Assembly: GCA_004764695.1 (NCBI GenBank)
Contig: SMSO01000036.1
Coordinates: 1,488,001 to 1,552,000 of the forward strand
From: Schizochytrium sp. TIO01
Taxonomy: Eukaryota > Protista > Bigyra: Labyrinthulomycetes
Reading direction: 5' to 3'
DNA: 64,000 bases
Every line of letters starts with the position of its first letter. The first letter of the stretch is position 1. Below are positions 22,740 through 32,871 of the stretch, piece by piece. The notes beneath the pieces were generated by a model, which saw nothing but the letters and a program-made list of their open reading frames with translations, did no database searches and had not been told where the DNA came from. The translations under genes were made by a program, and so were the position numbers.

Positions 22740-23840
22740 CCGGTCACATTTAGAAGCTATGAGAAGCTATGAAGCGAGTTTTACCAGATCGTCTTTGCTG
22801 AGTGGAAGGAAAACGCTCGTGTCTATGTTTTCATTTTACTTTATTCACGGAGATCTCAGAGGTTGCCGACTTGAGGTTGGTTATTATCCTGTTCGGGTTC
22901 TCGTTTCATCACTGCCAACTTCGGGTTCAAGTTTATATTCTGCTTCATTCAACTCTAGTGATCAATTCTTTCTATTTCTCTCTTTTCCCAAAACTTTGTG
23001 AAAAGAGCTAAGCAATGATAGTTAGTTATGCATAGTATGGTGGTAGTATGTAGTACAGTAATACACACTAGTAGGTAGGTAGCGAAGGAATACCAATTGT
23101 GTGTTTTGATAAGTCTTCTCCGACTCTTTTGCCTTCGAAGATAGACAGTGCGTGCCTTCATTCAAGTTCTTCTATCGCTTCAAAGTTGATTGCTTTCTTC
23201 TCCCAAAAAGGCGTTTATTAGTTTATTACTATTTTGTTTATTTATCAAAATAAATAAAATAAAAATCATTGTGTTGTTGAAAATATGATTCGAGGGTACT
23301 ATTGCTTGCTATTTATTCCCTACGTAGCATGGCACTTGTTAGCAATAACAAACTTTGAATAGAGTGAAAAGTTGATTATTTTATCGAATTGCTTTAGTTA
23401 GGAAAAGTTATTGTGTTTGCTCACTTTCTTTGCTTTTTGTCCTGATCAGACACCCATTCGAGAGAGGTTTCGGTCTCGATCGATCGCACCTTCAGCACTT
23501 GCCGAGGCCGCGTAGATTGCTGCAGAGAGCGCTGCAGACAGCAAACGCAGGTTCCGCTCTGCGGCGAGCTCACGTATACACACACTCACTCCTTGCGACC
23601 TAGCACTAATCCGGATCGAGGGAGATCTAGGAGCCCAAGTTGCGAGGCGTGCTACGGCGCACGCGCTGTGGAAGACGTTGACGACGCGCGAATCGGAAAA
23701 GCACGTGTTTGGCGTCGGTTCTGAGATCCAAGAGAACTAGGTTGGCTCGGCCTGTGGAAACTAAGGGTTGATTTCGATTTATTGTCCGTGTGCACAAGGA
23801 ATCGTTTGTACTCAAATCTTTATTTTCTTGGTAGCGTAAA

Positions 23841-24185
23841 ATGTCGAGACACGTCAAGACGAAAGAGGAGGACCTCGAGGGTCACGAAGATGAGCAGGTG
23901 GAGAAGCATCTCACAATGAGATACAATATGCGCGAGTTACGGCTCTTTAATGAGTTTGAGGTTTGGGTCAATGACTGGCTTGAGGAACACATTCCCGACG
24001 AGACTGACCGCCCGGTGATCGAGGCTGGACGCATGGCGCGACTCAGCGAAGAGAAGCGAATCAAATCCCTCAAGAAGGTCCTTGATCCGTACATTTCTGA
24101 TCCTATGGTTCGTGACGAGTTCATCGAAGAGTACCTGGCCCGCTTCAAGGAGCTTCCGCTCGAGGTTCTGGACGCCCTGAAATAG
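23841..24185 (+). CDS. CPI-17/PHI-1 (PPP1R14)-like PP1 inhibitor candidate
   Basis: HLTMRYNMRELR...EVWVNDWLEE...EEKRIKSLKKVL...DEFIEEYL parallels CPI-17 RVTVKYDRRELQ...EKWIDGRLEE...EEERSRKIQGLL...EDFIQELL. Strong coding-like codon usage. Confidence 0.6.
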   Translation: MSRHVKTKEEDLEGHEDEQVEKHLTMRYNMRELRLFNEFEVWVNDWLEEHIPDETDRPVIEAGRMARLSEEKRIKSLKKVLDPYISDPMVRDEFIEEYLARFKELPLEVLDALK

Positions 24186-24863
24186 AGTAAGTAAATCTTA
24201 CTTTTGCCGGAGTATCCAGGCTTCGACAATGAGACTGGCATGTTTGGTGCCAACTCAAACTAACTCCTTTTTCCCCTCATCCAAACTGCGCATAAGCCCA
24301 GGCTTCGTTTCGGACAGTGGTGTCAGCGCGGTGCTTCGCATGAGGCAAATTGAGTCTCCAATCATGTTCATAAAATTAGACTCGGCCTTTGCAATATAAG
24401 CTTGTCTTGCTTCGTCTTGGACGCTTATACTCCTTTATTTTCGCTACATTCTAATGCTCTTTCTTTAAAACTACGTCTGATCCAGCCCTTTCGTACTGCT
24501 GCAAGAATATTATCACCTGCCCGGTATCTATACACGAATGCAATATCGAAGAGAGTGCACAGGTTTCAAGCACTGCCTACGCAGCCAATGATACCACAAA
24601 CTTTGAAGTGATCCAAAAGAAATTTCTTATTTTTGGTCATGTGCGCAATTTAGGTGCTGATCTTTAACAAGCAAAGAATTATTGTTTTTTGTTCTTGAAT
24701 TTACCAAATCCTTTAATTATGATTATTCTGTATTCGCATGAATTTCCTATCTATGCCGTCTATGACACGCATACACTCTCTTCTCTATCCTACTTGACAA
24801 AACGAACTTTTAAATCATTGAAGATTTATCATACGTTATTATTTGTGAGTTTATTTTGTGAGT

Positions 24864-26258
24864 TTACTTTGTTTTCTTGGATTCAGTGCTAGACTTCTGA
24901 GCGAGAAGCACAGCGGCACTTTTATCAGCAGGGTCTGCCAGCTCCTCCTCATCAAGCTCAAACTCAGAGATACAGAGAAGATATAAAAACATTGAGACAA
25001 CCATGAGAACCAGCAATAACAGAAAAGCACTATAGGGCAGGTAGCGCACAAACATGCGCCACACCCGCTTAATACTCAACAGAATTGTTGTGGACTGGGG
25101 TGAGACCTCCTCATTAATGATTTTCATCAAAAACTCTTCAACATCGCCTTCTAGGTCGGGATCTTCGTAAAAGACGCGAGTGGAAACATCGATAACTAAC
25201 ACACGAGGAAGATCCACACGAAAAATGTTGTGGTCCTCAAGAAACTCTACCCACTTGCTACCATCAACGTGAGAAAACATGAAGCGCTCTTGGATATCCT
25301 TGGAAAGTTTAGAGGACTTACCACGAGCAATTGTCCTCACCTCTTGTACAAATTTAGTTGCCTCCTCCGACGGGTTTTCAGAGTCCACAATTGCCATGAC
25401 AAGAGGTCGATCTTTTTGCTGTGCGGTCAATGAGTAGCTTCCGGGCGTAAGCTCTGCAAATGTTGGTACATTATGAACAATGGCCCATTCTTCAACAGCA
25501 GAGGCATTTGCCAGGTCTCCGGAGTAGACTCGAATAGCTTCGTCGGGTTCATAGCGAAAAAAGACAGCTTTCTCATCATTTTTGCAAAAATCTGCCGGGT
25601 TCTCACCGCTGCAAAAGATATCCCAGCACGAGGCTTTTGCACATTCTGCAAAAAGCATATGAGGACGAAGAACATGCCCCGCTTGCTTCACCGCAGCTCT
25701 AGCCTCTTCATCAGCAGGTCTTTTACTTAAGAGCACAAAGGATACAGGGTCACGTTCCATGTTTCGCTCATCTGTTGAAGTCGTGAGCCACTTTTGGAGA
25801 CTTTTTCCATCTTCATAAGTGCGGATCGGACCTGCGACCATCCGCTCACCGAAAGTCAGGAGAGTCTCCAGATTGTGCTGGCCCTTGTATAGTGTAACCT
25901 GCTCACCATCCTCAAAGTAATGAATTCGCGGGTAGCTGCTAACATCAAAGCGACTCTTCAGCCCGCTTTGTGAGGTAGCATCAACTCTACCAACACGAAT
26001 GGAGCCCTGGAAATAGTTCTCAGCGGCATCGTCAAGAATGGGTCCGAAATGCTTGCAGTGCCCACACCAAGGAGCATAAAACATGACGAGCCATTTACCG
26101 TTCTTAATAGTCTCATCGAACGTGGCATCATAAATGTTCACAGGTGCAAAGTTTTCCCTGCGCTTAAGCTTCGCGCCCTCAGCAATCCACGAGATGCTCG
26201 CTAGTATTGCCAAAGCCGTTGCCACGCGTGCCCAGAACGAGCGTTGAAGCAGACCCAT
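24864..26258 (-). CDS. TMX3-like transmembrane protein disulfide isomerase
   Basis: Signal peptide, FYAPWCGHCK, RVDAT, b/b' domains, C-terminal TM and KKTK ER-retrieval signal. Confidence 0.9.
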   Translation of the reverse strand: MGLLQRSFWARVATALAILASISWIAEGAKLKRRENFAPVNIYDATFDETIKNGKWLVMFYAPWCGHCKHFGPILDDAAENYFQGSIRVGRVDATSQSGLKSRFDVSSYPRIHYFEDGEQVTLYKGQHNLETLLTFGERMVAGPIRTYEDGKSLQKWLTTSTDERNMERDPVSFVLLSKRPADEEARAAVKQAGHVLRPHMLFAECAKASCWDIFCSGENPADFCKNDEKAVFFRYEPDEAIRVYSGDLANASAVEEWAIVHNVPTFAELTPGSYSLTAQQKDRPLVMAIVDSENPSEEATKFVQEVRTIARGKSSKLSKDIQERFMFSHVDGSKWVEFLEDHNIFRVDLPRVLVIDVSTRVFYEDPDLEGDVEEFLMKIINEEVSPQSTTILLSIKRVWRMFVRYLPYSAFLLLLVLMVVSMFLYLLCISEFELDEEELADPADKSAAVLLAQKSSTESKKTK

Positions 26259-27466
26259 CGCGCTAAATCCCTTAAAGCCTTCTTTAGCCTGCTCTCAGAG
26301 AACCCCGCGAGCAATCCTTCAAAACCTAGCGGTGTCGAGGCACGTATCGCAACCCCTAACCAGGTCTAAAGCTGCTGGAGCTGGCGTCCTTGAGGCGCCA
26401 AGCTGGTCTATCGAGCAAAATTCTTCGAGGGGCACTTTTCCCACTGGAAAGCAATGTACATAGGTACGTACTAGAAGCACCCTACTTGGGCATTGATGAC
26501 ATTCTCAAGAACAGAAATTACTACCTACGTAACTCCATGAAGTACAAGTGCTCCCAAATTGAAGAAACGCTTCGGGATCCTCGTTAGCCTTTTTGAAGAC
26601 AGCGAGAAATCAATCCATGAGAAGGTCGAAGGCCGTCGAGAGCCTGGATGAAGTACTTACTGTGTCATGCCTGGTACCGAGTAGTGCTTAGTGTAACTAG
26701 TGATTTTTCCATTCAAGTGCATTCAACTCGGTCAACTGCAAAGGTTGGCGGCGTTCTTGATTGTCTGTACCTGAGTAGAGGCTACTGCATCAAGATGAAG
26801 AGAAGTTGTATCTTGCTTTTTGATTGCATTTTGGGAACATAACTCCGATGTGCACAGTGGGCATCACGAGGCGATTAAATGCTACATTTAAAGGGATGTT
26901 ATTTCAGGGCAAACTTAGGTGCTACAATGCTCTCTCGACGTGGGATTCCTCGAAAACCTCCGGCTCAAGATTTTGACCTTGTAGCGCTGTTCTTGTCACG
27001 TTCCTCTTCTCTCCAGCTCGCAACTTTTTACTTTGAGCTGTGTCTAGGTAGGGAGGTCGGCACCTCGCGTTTCGTTCAAGCTTCAATCAAGATCATCGTC
27101 ACCGGGTTCGGAAGTAAATGCGTAGCAGCTAATACAAAGGTACTCTTACTGCCTTTTACATCTCAGGTATCATGACTATTGCTGTTTTTATAAAGTTTTA
27201 TCTTTCTGCGTTTATACAAAGTATAGTAAGGCTGAAAGCCTTTTCCAGCTTTCCTTTAAGCTGCTTCCTTCCTCCATCTATTTTAGAATTTGCCTCTTTT
27301 TTTAATAACAAAAATAAAAAAGAGAATATTTTTTGGTTTTTATTTCGCAGTACATTTACTGTAAATTTGCATTCCACTAAACTTGAGGTCTTCGCGGCCG
27401 CAGCAGCAAACCTTGATTGTCTCGTAAGGAAGGTCTTGCGAGCTTGTGAGCTTGGCTCAAGCAGCG

Positions 27467-29269
27467 ATGACGACGCTTTACAGCATGGTGGCGTCATCCT
27501 CTCAGCGCAGAGGCCTGGGGCTGCTAGCGCTTTGCAGAGGCAGCAGCTCAGGACCACGGACTTCGCCTCCGTCGTATGGGCGGCTGGCACAGCGATACAT
27601 GTGCGCCACGAGCAACTCTGGAGCTGCAAACGCTGCCACAAAGGGGGGTGCAGGTGAAGGTTCCTCGGAGACGGATGTGAAGGCAACGATGAGTGGGCTG
27701 CCACCTGTACGCACTAGGTATGCACCAAGCCCGACGGGATCGCTACATTTGGGCGGCTTGCGAACGGCACTCTTCAATTACCTGCTCGCTCGTAAGCATG
27801 GTCCGGAAAGTACCTTTCTTGTTCGCATCGAAGATACGGATAGGACTCGCACAATTCCTGGAGCTGCAGAAGGTCTCTTGAAGACATTGGAGATGTTCGG
27901 TCTCAAGTCTGATGAACCAGTGCAATCCCAATCTAATCGCACGGAGCTTTACAAGAAGCACGCTGATGAACTCCTGGAGAATGGCCATGCCTACAGATGC
28001 TTTTGCTCACCTGAGCGACTCACCGAGGTTCGCGAACAACAAAGTCGTCGTGGTATGCAGTCAGCATACGATCGCAGGTGCCGTGGTATTTCTAAAGAAG
28101 AGTCTGACGAACGTGCAGCAAGTGGTGAGGTCTTCACCGTCCGTCTTCGTGCGCCTTTGACCGGCCGCACTCAGGTCGATGATGTAGTCTGTGGTCAAGT
28201 GACTTTTGATAACAAGGTCATGGATGATCAGATCTTGCTCAAGTCCGACGGATTTCCCACCTACCATCTGGCAGCTGTGGTCGATGATCACGATATGAAA
28301 ATCACTCATGTTATTCGTGGTGAAGAATGGTTGAGCTCCACTCCTAAGCACTTGACTTTGTACGAGATGTTTGGATGGGAGGCCCCAAAGTTTGGTCATC
28401 TTCCCTTGCTCTTAAACAAAGACCGATCAAAGCTTTCCAAACGTAATGCCGACTCTGCTGTGACCGAGCTTCTTGATGGTGAGAAGTCAGGCTACTCTAC
28501 CATGGCCATTCTTAACTTTGTTGCTCTCTTGGGTTGGAGCCCTGCGCAAGCTGCCATGCAGTCTGCTCGTGGTGATCAGGATGGCAAAGACTGGCTTGCT
28601 GGCTTTGACTCTGTTGATGCACCCTCTGGTGATGATGCTCGCGAGAGTATGATCTTTACTGATCTCGACTCCCTGGCCCAGGCCTTTGATCTGGCCCACA
28701 CAACACGTAAGGGTGCTGTGGTGGACCCGGACTTTCTTCATTGGCTCAGTGGCCAGCATGTGCGTCGCATGGATCGCTCTATCTTAGTAGAGTCTGTGCG
28801 CAAGCAAATGAAATGGGACACATCCATGTTCTCTGATGAGTACGTAAACGAGGTTTTGGATCTCATTCTTTTCCGCGTTTTCCGCACAAGTGATTTGCGC
28901 GTAGTGGCTGGACAGTTCTTTGTCCCACTTGGCCAGGCTGGGCTTGTCGAGGGCTCAGATGTTGTGCCAGAACAGGTGAATAACCATGAGGTGGCACAAC
29001 AGTCTCTCGCCAATAGTATCCATGCCTTCTCAAACCTTTCTGATGAGGATTTCATTGTTGAAAACATCAAACCTATCCTAAAGGCTATGCCTAAGGACCT
29101 TTCCAAAAGCCGTGGGTCCAAGGTCAAGGTCCCGCAAGTTATGCTTTCTATCCGCTGGGCGGTGACGGGCTCAACTGTGGGTGCTAGCCTTCCTGAGACT
29201 CTTGCTCTTCTTGGCCGTGATCGTGTCATTGAGCGACTCCAACATGCCGCAAAGGTGCTCGAGGCATAA
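27467..29269 (+). CDS. EARS2: Bacterial-type (organellar, probably mitochondrial) glutamate--tRNA ligase
   Basis: VRTRYAPSPTGSLHLGG (HIGH), RIEDTD, CFC, FPTYHLAAVVDDH, RGEEW, KLSKR (KMSKS); Arg/Ser-rich N-terminal presequence. Confidence 0.93.
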   Translation: MTTLYSMVASSSQRRGLGLLALCRGSSSGPRTSPPSYGRLAQRYMCATSNSGAANAATKGGAGEGSSETDVKATMSGLPPVRTRYAPSPTGSLHLGGLRTALFNYLLARKHGPESTFLVRIEDTDRTRTIPGAAEGLLKTLEMFGLKSDEPVQSQSNRTELYKKHADELLENGHAYRCFCSPERLTEVREQQSRRGMQSAYDRRCRGISKEESDERAASGEVFTVRLRAPLTGRTQVDDVVCGQVTFDNKVMDDQILLKSDGFPTYHLAAVVDDHDMKITHVIRGEEWLSSTPKHLTLYEMFGWEAPKFGHLPLLLNKDRSKLSKRNADSAVTELLDGEKSGYSTMAILNFVALLGWSPAQAAMQSARGDQDGKDWLAGFDSVDAPSGDDARESMIFTDLDSLAQAFDLAHTTRKGAVVDPDFLHWLSGQHVRRMDRSILVESVRKQMKWDTSMFSDEYVNEVLDLILFRVFRTSDLRVVAGQFFVPLGQAGLVEGSDVVPEQVNNHEVAQQSLANSIHAFSNLSDEDFIVENIKPILKAMPKDLSKSRGSKVKVPQVMLSIRWAVTGSTVGASLPETLALLGRDRVIERLQHAAKVLEA

Positions 29270-30458
29270 ATTATAGTCATACCGACGTAAGAACGACGGG
29301 AGAAGATAATCCTCACTTGCCACGAATTGCGGCGTGGCCTGTTTTCAGATTTTCGATCGAATTCGGTCTTGCATGGAGTGGATATGGGCTTTCGTCGTTT
29401 TTCTATTGCTTTGGGCACCTCTTTTTCCAAGAGTAGGAAGGAATTGATTTGCTTGTAGATCGCATATGTCTTTGTTGAATAGCTAGACCGACATTTTGCG
29501 TCTTTTACTTTAAATAGAAAGGAAGCCGCTAGCTGGTGTGAGATTCTGTTCACTGGGCAGACCTCATCCAACTTTGCTGATCGTTATTATTACCATATCA
29601 ATCCAAAAATCAAACACATACACACCATCATGTCCTTTTTTATAATTGACCTTATAAAAAAATAAATAAAAAATAGATAATAGAGATTATAGTTTTTTGT
29701 TTAGGACCAAAATAGGCTTAAGATCTTATCTTTCTTCATTTCAGTCAACATTTTTATAAAACCAAACTCATCAACCGCTCTGATATTCACGTATTATCAT
29801 AATCATTCTACCGAGGAGAGAGATTTTTAACACTTTCGCTTGAAATCCCCGTACCATAGTTTACAAACACATGAACAACGTTGAATTTAACCTTGAGTGA
29901 GATAGTACACGTGTTCCTTTCCTTTAGATAAATGAGCACAAAGGCTAGTCGAGACACCTGAGCACAGAAGCCAGAAATTGGAAAGATCAGACATTCTAAA
30001 ACATGCTTTCATATCACTTCATTGCAGTTCACAAGCTGAAACATTTCATACCGAAAGTTTTATTCTTTGATAACACCAAGATTTGGATGTTTGGAATTAA
30101 GAAACAAAAATTTAACGCCAACCAAAGGTAGGTACTAAGAGTAGGATAAAAACATATAACATAAAATCTTTATCATTCTATTGTAATCCGATACTGTTGT
30201 GGGCAAAGACGCTTCTTACACGATAATAGGTGTGCATAAGCGTCTAAATGAAACCATTAAAGGCTTCAGTGCCCCACTCCCACGTCACATCACATCGCAT
30301 TAGGCTCAAAGCGGCCAGCGTGCATAGGCTCGGGCCGAAATTTTTGTTTCAAGACAGAAAATTTGGGATCGTTGGCGTGAGGCGAACACTTCAAAATCGA
30401 AGAATTTATCAATCGAGCTTGCAAGCAAGGAAAAAGAGTAGAGTCATCAGTCAATTGT

Positions 30459-31250
30459 TTAGTAGTTACCGCTGCCAGTGGCGAGGAAGTCAACATCATC
30501 AGGGACAGCGCCGCCCTCCTCTTCCTCCTCCTCGACCTCGGGTGCGTTGCCGTTGGAGTGAAGCTCCTTGCCGTTGATGACAGCCCAGAGCTGGTACTCG
30601 AACTGCTTGGTCTTGTTGTCACCACGCACGAAGGAGTCGAGCCAGCGGATGGTTCCGTCCTTGTCAATGATGATAGCAAGGCCGACACCGACGACAGCGC
30701 GCTTGAGGGCAGTCTTGAACTCGGCGTTGACCTGGTGCTCAGGGTCGAAGGCCATCTGGAAGTCGCAGTGCTGGGTGACGCCAGCTTCGCCCTTGGGGCC
30801 CTTCATCTCAGCCATGAAGGCACCTTGGTACTTCTTGAGCCACTTCTCAACGTCGGCCTCTTCGAGGTCGCGGGAGATAGAGACAAAGTTGACCTGGCCC
30901 TCGTACTTCTTGTAGATGTCGCTGAGAACGGCGAGGGTGACGAAGTCACTCTTGTTCAAGTTGCAGTGGAAGGTCACAACCACGGGCTTGCCCTGGGCGA
31001 CGTCGAAGGCCTCACCGTTGTGGAACTTGAGGGCAGCGAGCGAAGGGGCCTTGGCGCCGAGAGCGGGATCGTCGTCGTAGGTGAGCATCTCCTTGCCCTC
31101 CTCAGAGAGCTCCTCGGCCGCAGGGGGCTTGGCGGGGGCCTCCTCGGAGCCAGAGAGCTGGCCGATGACGCCGTCCTTCTTGGCGTTCTCGAGCTCGAGG
31201 TCCTTGACCTGGGCCTCAAGGGCCTCAACCTGCTTGGCGTCGTCACCCAT
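30459..31250 (-). CDS. Thioredoxin-fold (AhpC/TSA, TlpA-like) protein lacking CxxC
   Basis: GAKAPSL, GKPVVVTF, VNFVSISRD, MAFDP, IIIDKDGTIRW; N-terminal coiled coil and acidic tail. Very strong C/G third-position bias. ATG in CACCATGG context after a putative acceptor. Confidence 0.75.
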   Translation of the reverse strand: MGDDAKQVEALEAQVKDLELENAKKDGVIGQLSGSEEAPAKPPAAEELSEEGKEMLTYDDDPALGAKAPSLAALKFHNGEAFDVAQGKPVVVTFHCNLNKSDFVTLAVLSDIYKKYEGQVNFVSISRDLEEADVEKWLKKYQGAFMAEMKGPKGEAGVTQHCDFQMAFDPEHQVNAEFKTALKRAVVGVGLAIIIDKDGTIRWLDSFVRGDNKTKQFEYQLWAVINGKELHSNGNAPEVEEEEEEGGAVPDDVDFLATGSGNY

Positions 31251-31619
31251 GGTGCTAAGATAGAAAACTGTACGAACGAACGAAAGGCGAGGTGCGAACG
31301 GAGTTGATTCAGGATCTGGTCTGCTCTGCTCTGCTTTGCTCTGATGTTGCACGCGAAGGTGAATGATTTTATGGCAGCTGGCTAATATAGAGTATTTATG
31401 CTATAGCATAGTTGAACAAATAATTATCTACTTGCCGAAGAAAATACTTCACTTGCAGACCGCGCAGGTAAGTGCAGAATGGAATGGGCGCGCATCGTCT
31501 CCTTCTGAGGCCTGTGCCAGCTAAGACATCTTGAGACACGCTGCGCATTGGCTAATTAGATGCACTGCTTAAGCGTAGCAAATGCCATCTCTTCAGAATC
31601 TTTCCGGAATCTGGAGCAG

Positions 31620-31697
31620 AAGTCAGAAGAAGATAAGAAGCAGAAGGAGAAGAAGAAGAATCAGAAGAAGAAGAAGCCAAGAAGAAAAAGAAGAAAC
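31620..31697. repeat. (AGA)n purine-rich low-complexity tract
   Basis: agaagaagataagaagcagaaggagaagaagaagaatcagaagaagaagaag. Confidence 0.7.
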
Positions 31698-32871
31698 ACT
31701 TTCCTGCTTCGCTTCTCGCCACCAAATCTTTGGCCCCTGTTTGGGGGTATTGTGAAAGTCTTGAGGGATATAAATCTCAACTTTCACTTTATCTGCCAGA
31801 GCTCACGTGCAAAAGCACGTTCTTTACTCCAATATTACCCCCACAAAGACTCCTGGATAGACCCTTATCTTGACTCTTCATGCTGATCACTCGATACCTT
31901 GTGAGGGGTATAGAGTGAGTTAAATATCTCATCATAAAGTATGCTCGCGCGCCAGCGAGCGTAAGCAGAGAAGCTTCATTCGCGAGATGGAAGATAGCAA
32001 GCCAAGGAAGGGAGCGAATGCGGGGTTCGCCTATAGTAAGAGGTACATTTGTACTATAGAGTATTCAACGAGAAAGTGGAGAATGCGCAGTTTATCCGAT
32101 TGTGGGCATTGGTTTATTCTGCATTCACGATTCTGTTCCTCATCTTCTTTCTCCTTCCTCGACTGTTATCAAGGATTGTTGAGTTGTTTGCACGATGGAT
32201 TCTGTTCGAACAACCTCCTCTTCCCTTTGTGTTTCTGGCAAAATCGTGATGCAATCAAATGAATGTTCTTGAGGCTGGTTGGCAGTACGAGAAGATTAAA
32301 TGCAAGAGTAAGTTGGAATGAATGCCTAATGGTGTTTGAAGTAGTTTTGGTTGAGATTTCACTGTCATAACATTAAAATACTAGTAAACTGTTCTTCTTT
32401 GTTTTATTCTTTTTCAATTGTTCTGCCTTCGTGAGTATCTAGGTCCGGCAATCGACGAATTAGCTGCGTGCGGCGAGGCCAGTCTGCGCGAGCGTTTCCG
32501 GCGTTAATTGTCGCTGCTGGAGACGGAGAGCTCCTGCTGCTGACGAACCAGTGGCATTTAGGGTCGCCTGCTATCTTCAAGGTCCTCGGACCTGCCAGGT
32601 GCAGCTAACGGGCTTCGACCTGGGTTCATTCATTCGTTGGCCTACTCATCGTCTCCGAGGCTAGCTCCTTTGTCAGACTTACCTGTAGATCACATTGGCG
32701 GGGACGCAACTTGCGAGCGAAGGCTCTGCAACGCGTGATTACTTTTCGATTAGCTTTGGGATCTTGGATTTATAATTAAATCCGAAGAATACAAGAGAAG
32801 CTCTTGGAGCAACGACGTGGAGGAGGGCTGATTAAGAAGCGGATTTAGATCCAGAATTTGTGAAAAGGACA

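Noticed and set aside
28738-29571. 277-aa minus-strand ORF
   Set aside because: Mostly antisense to GluRS, non-ATG start, no recognisable domain.
30558-31307. 249-aa plus-strand ORF
   Set aside because: Antisense shadow of the strongly codon-biased redoxin-like gene; no motifs.
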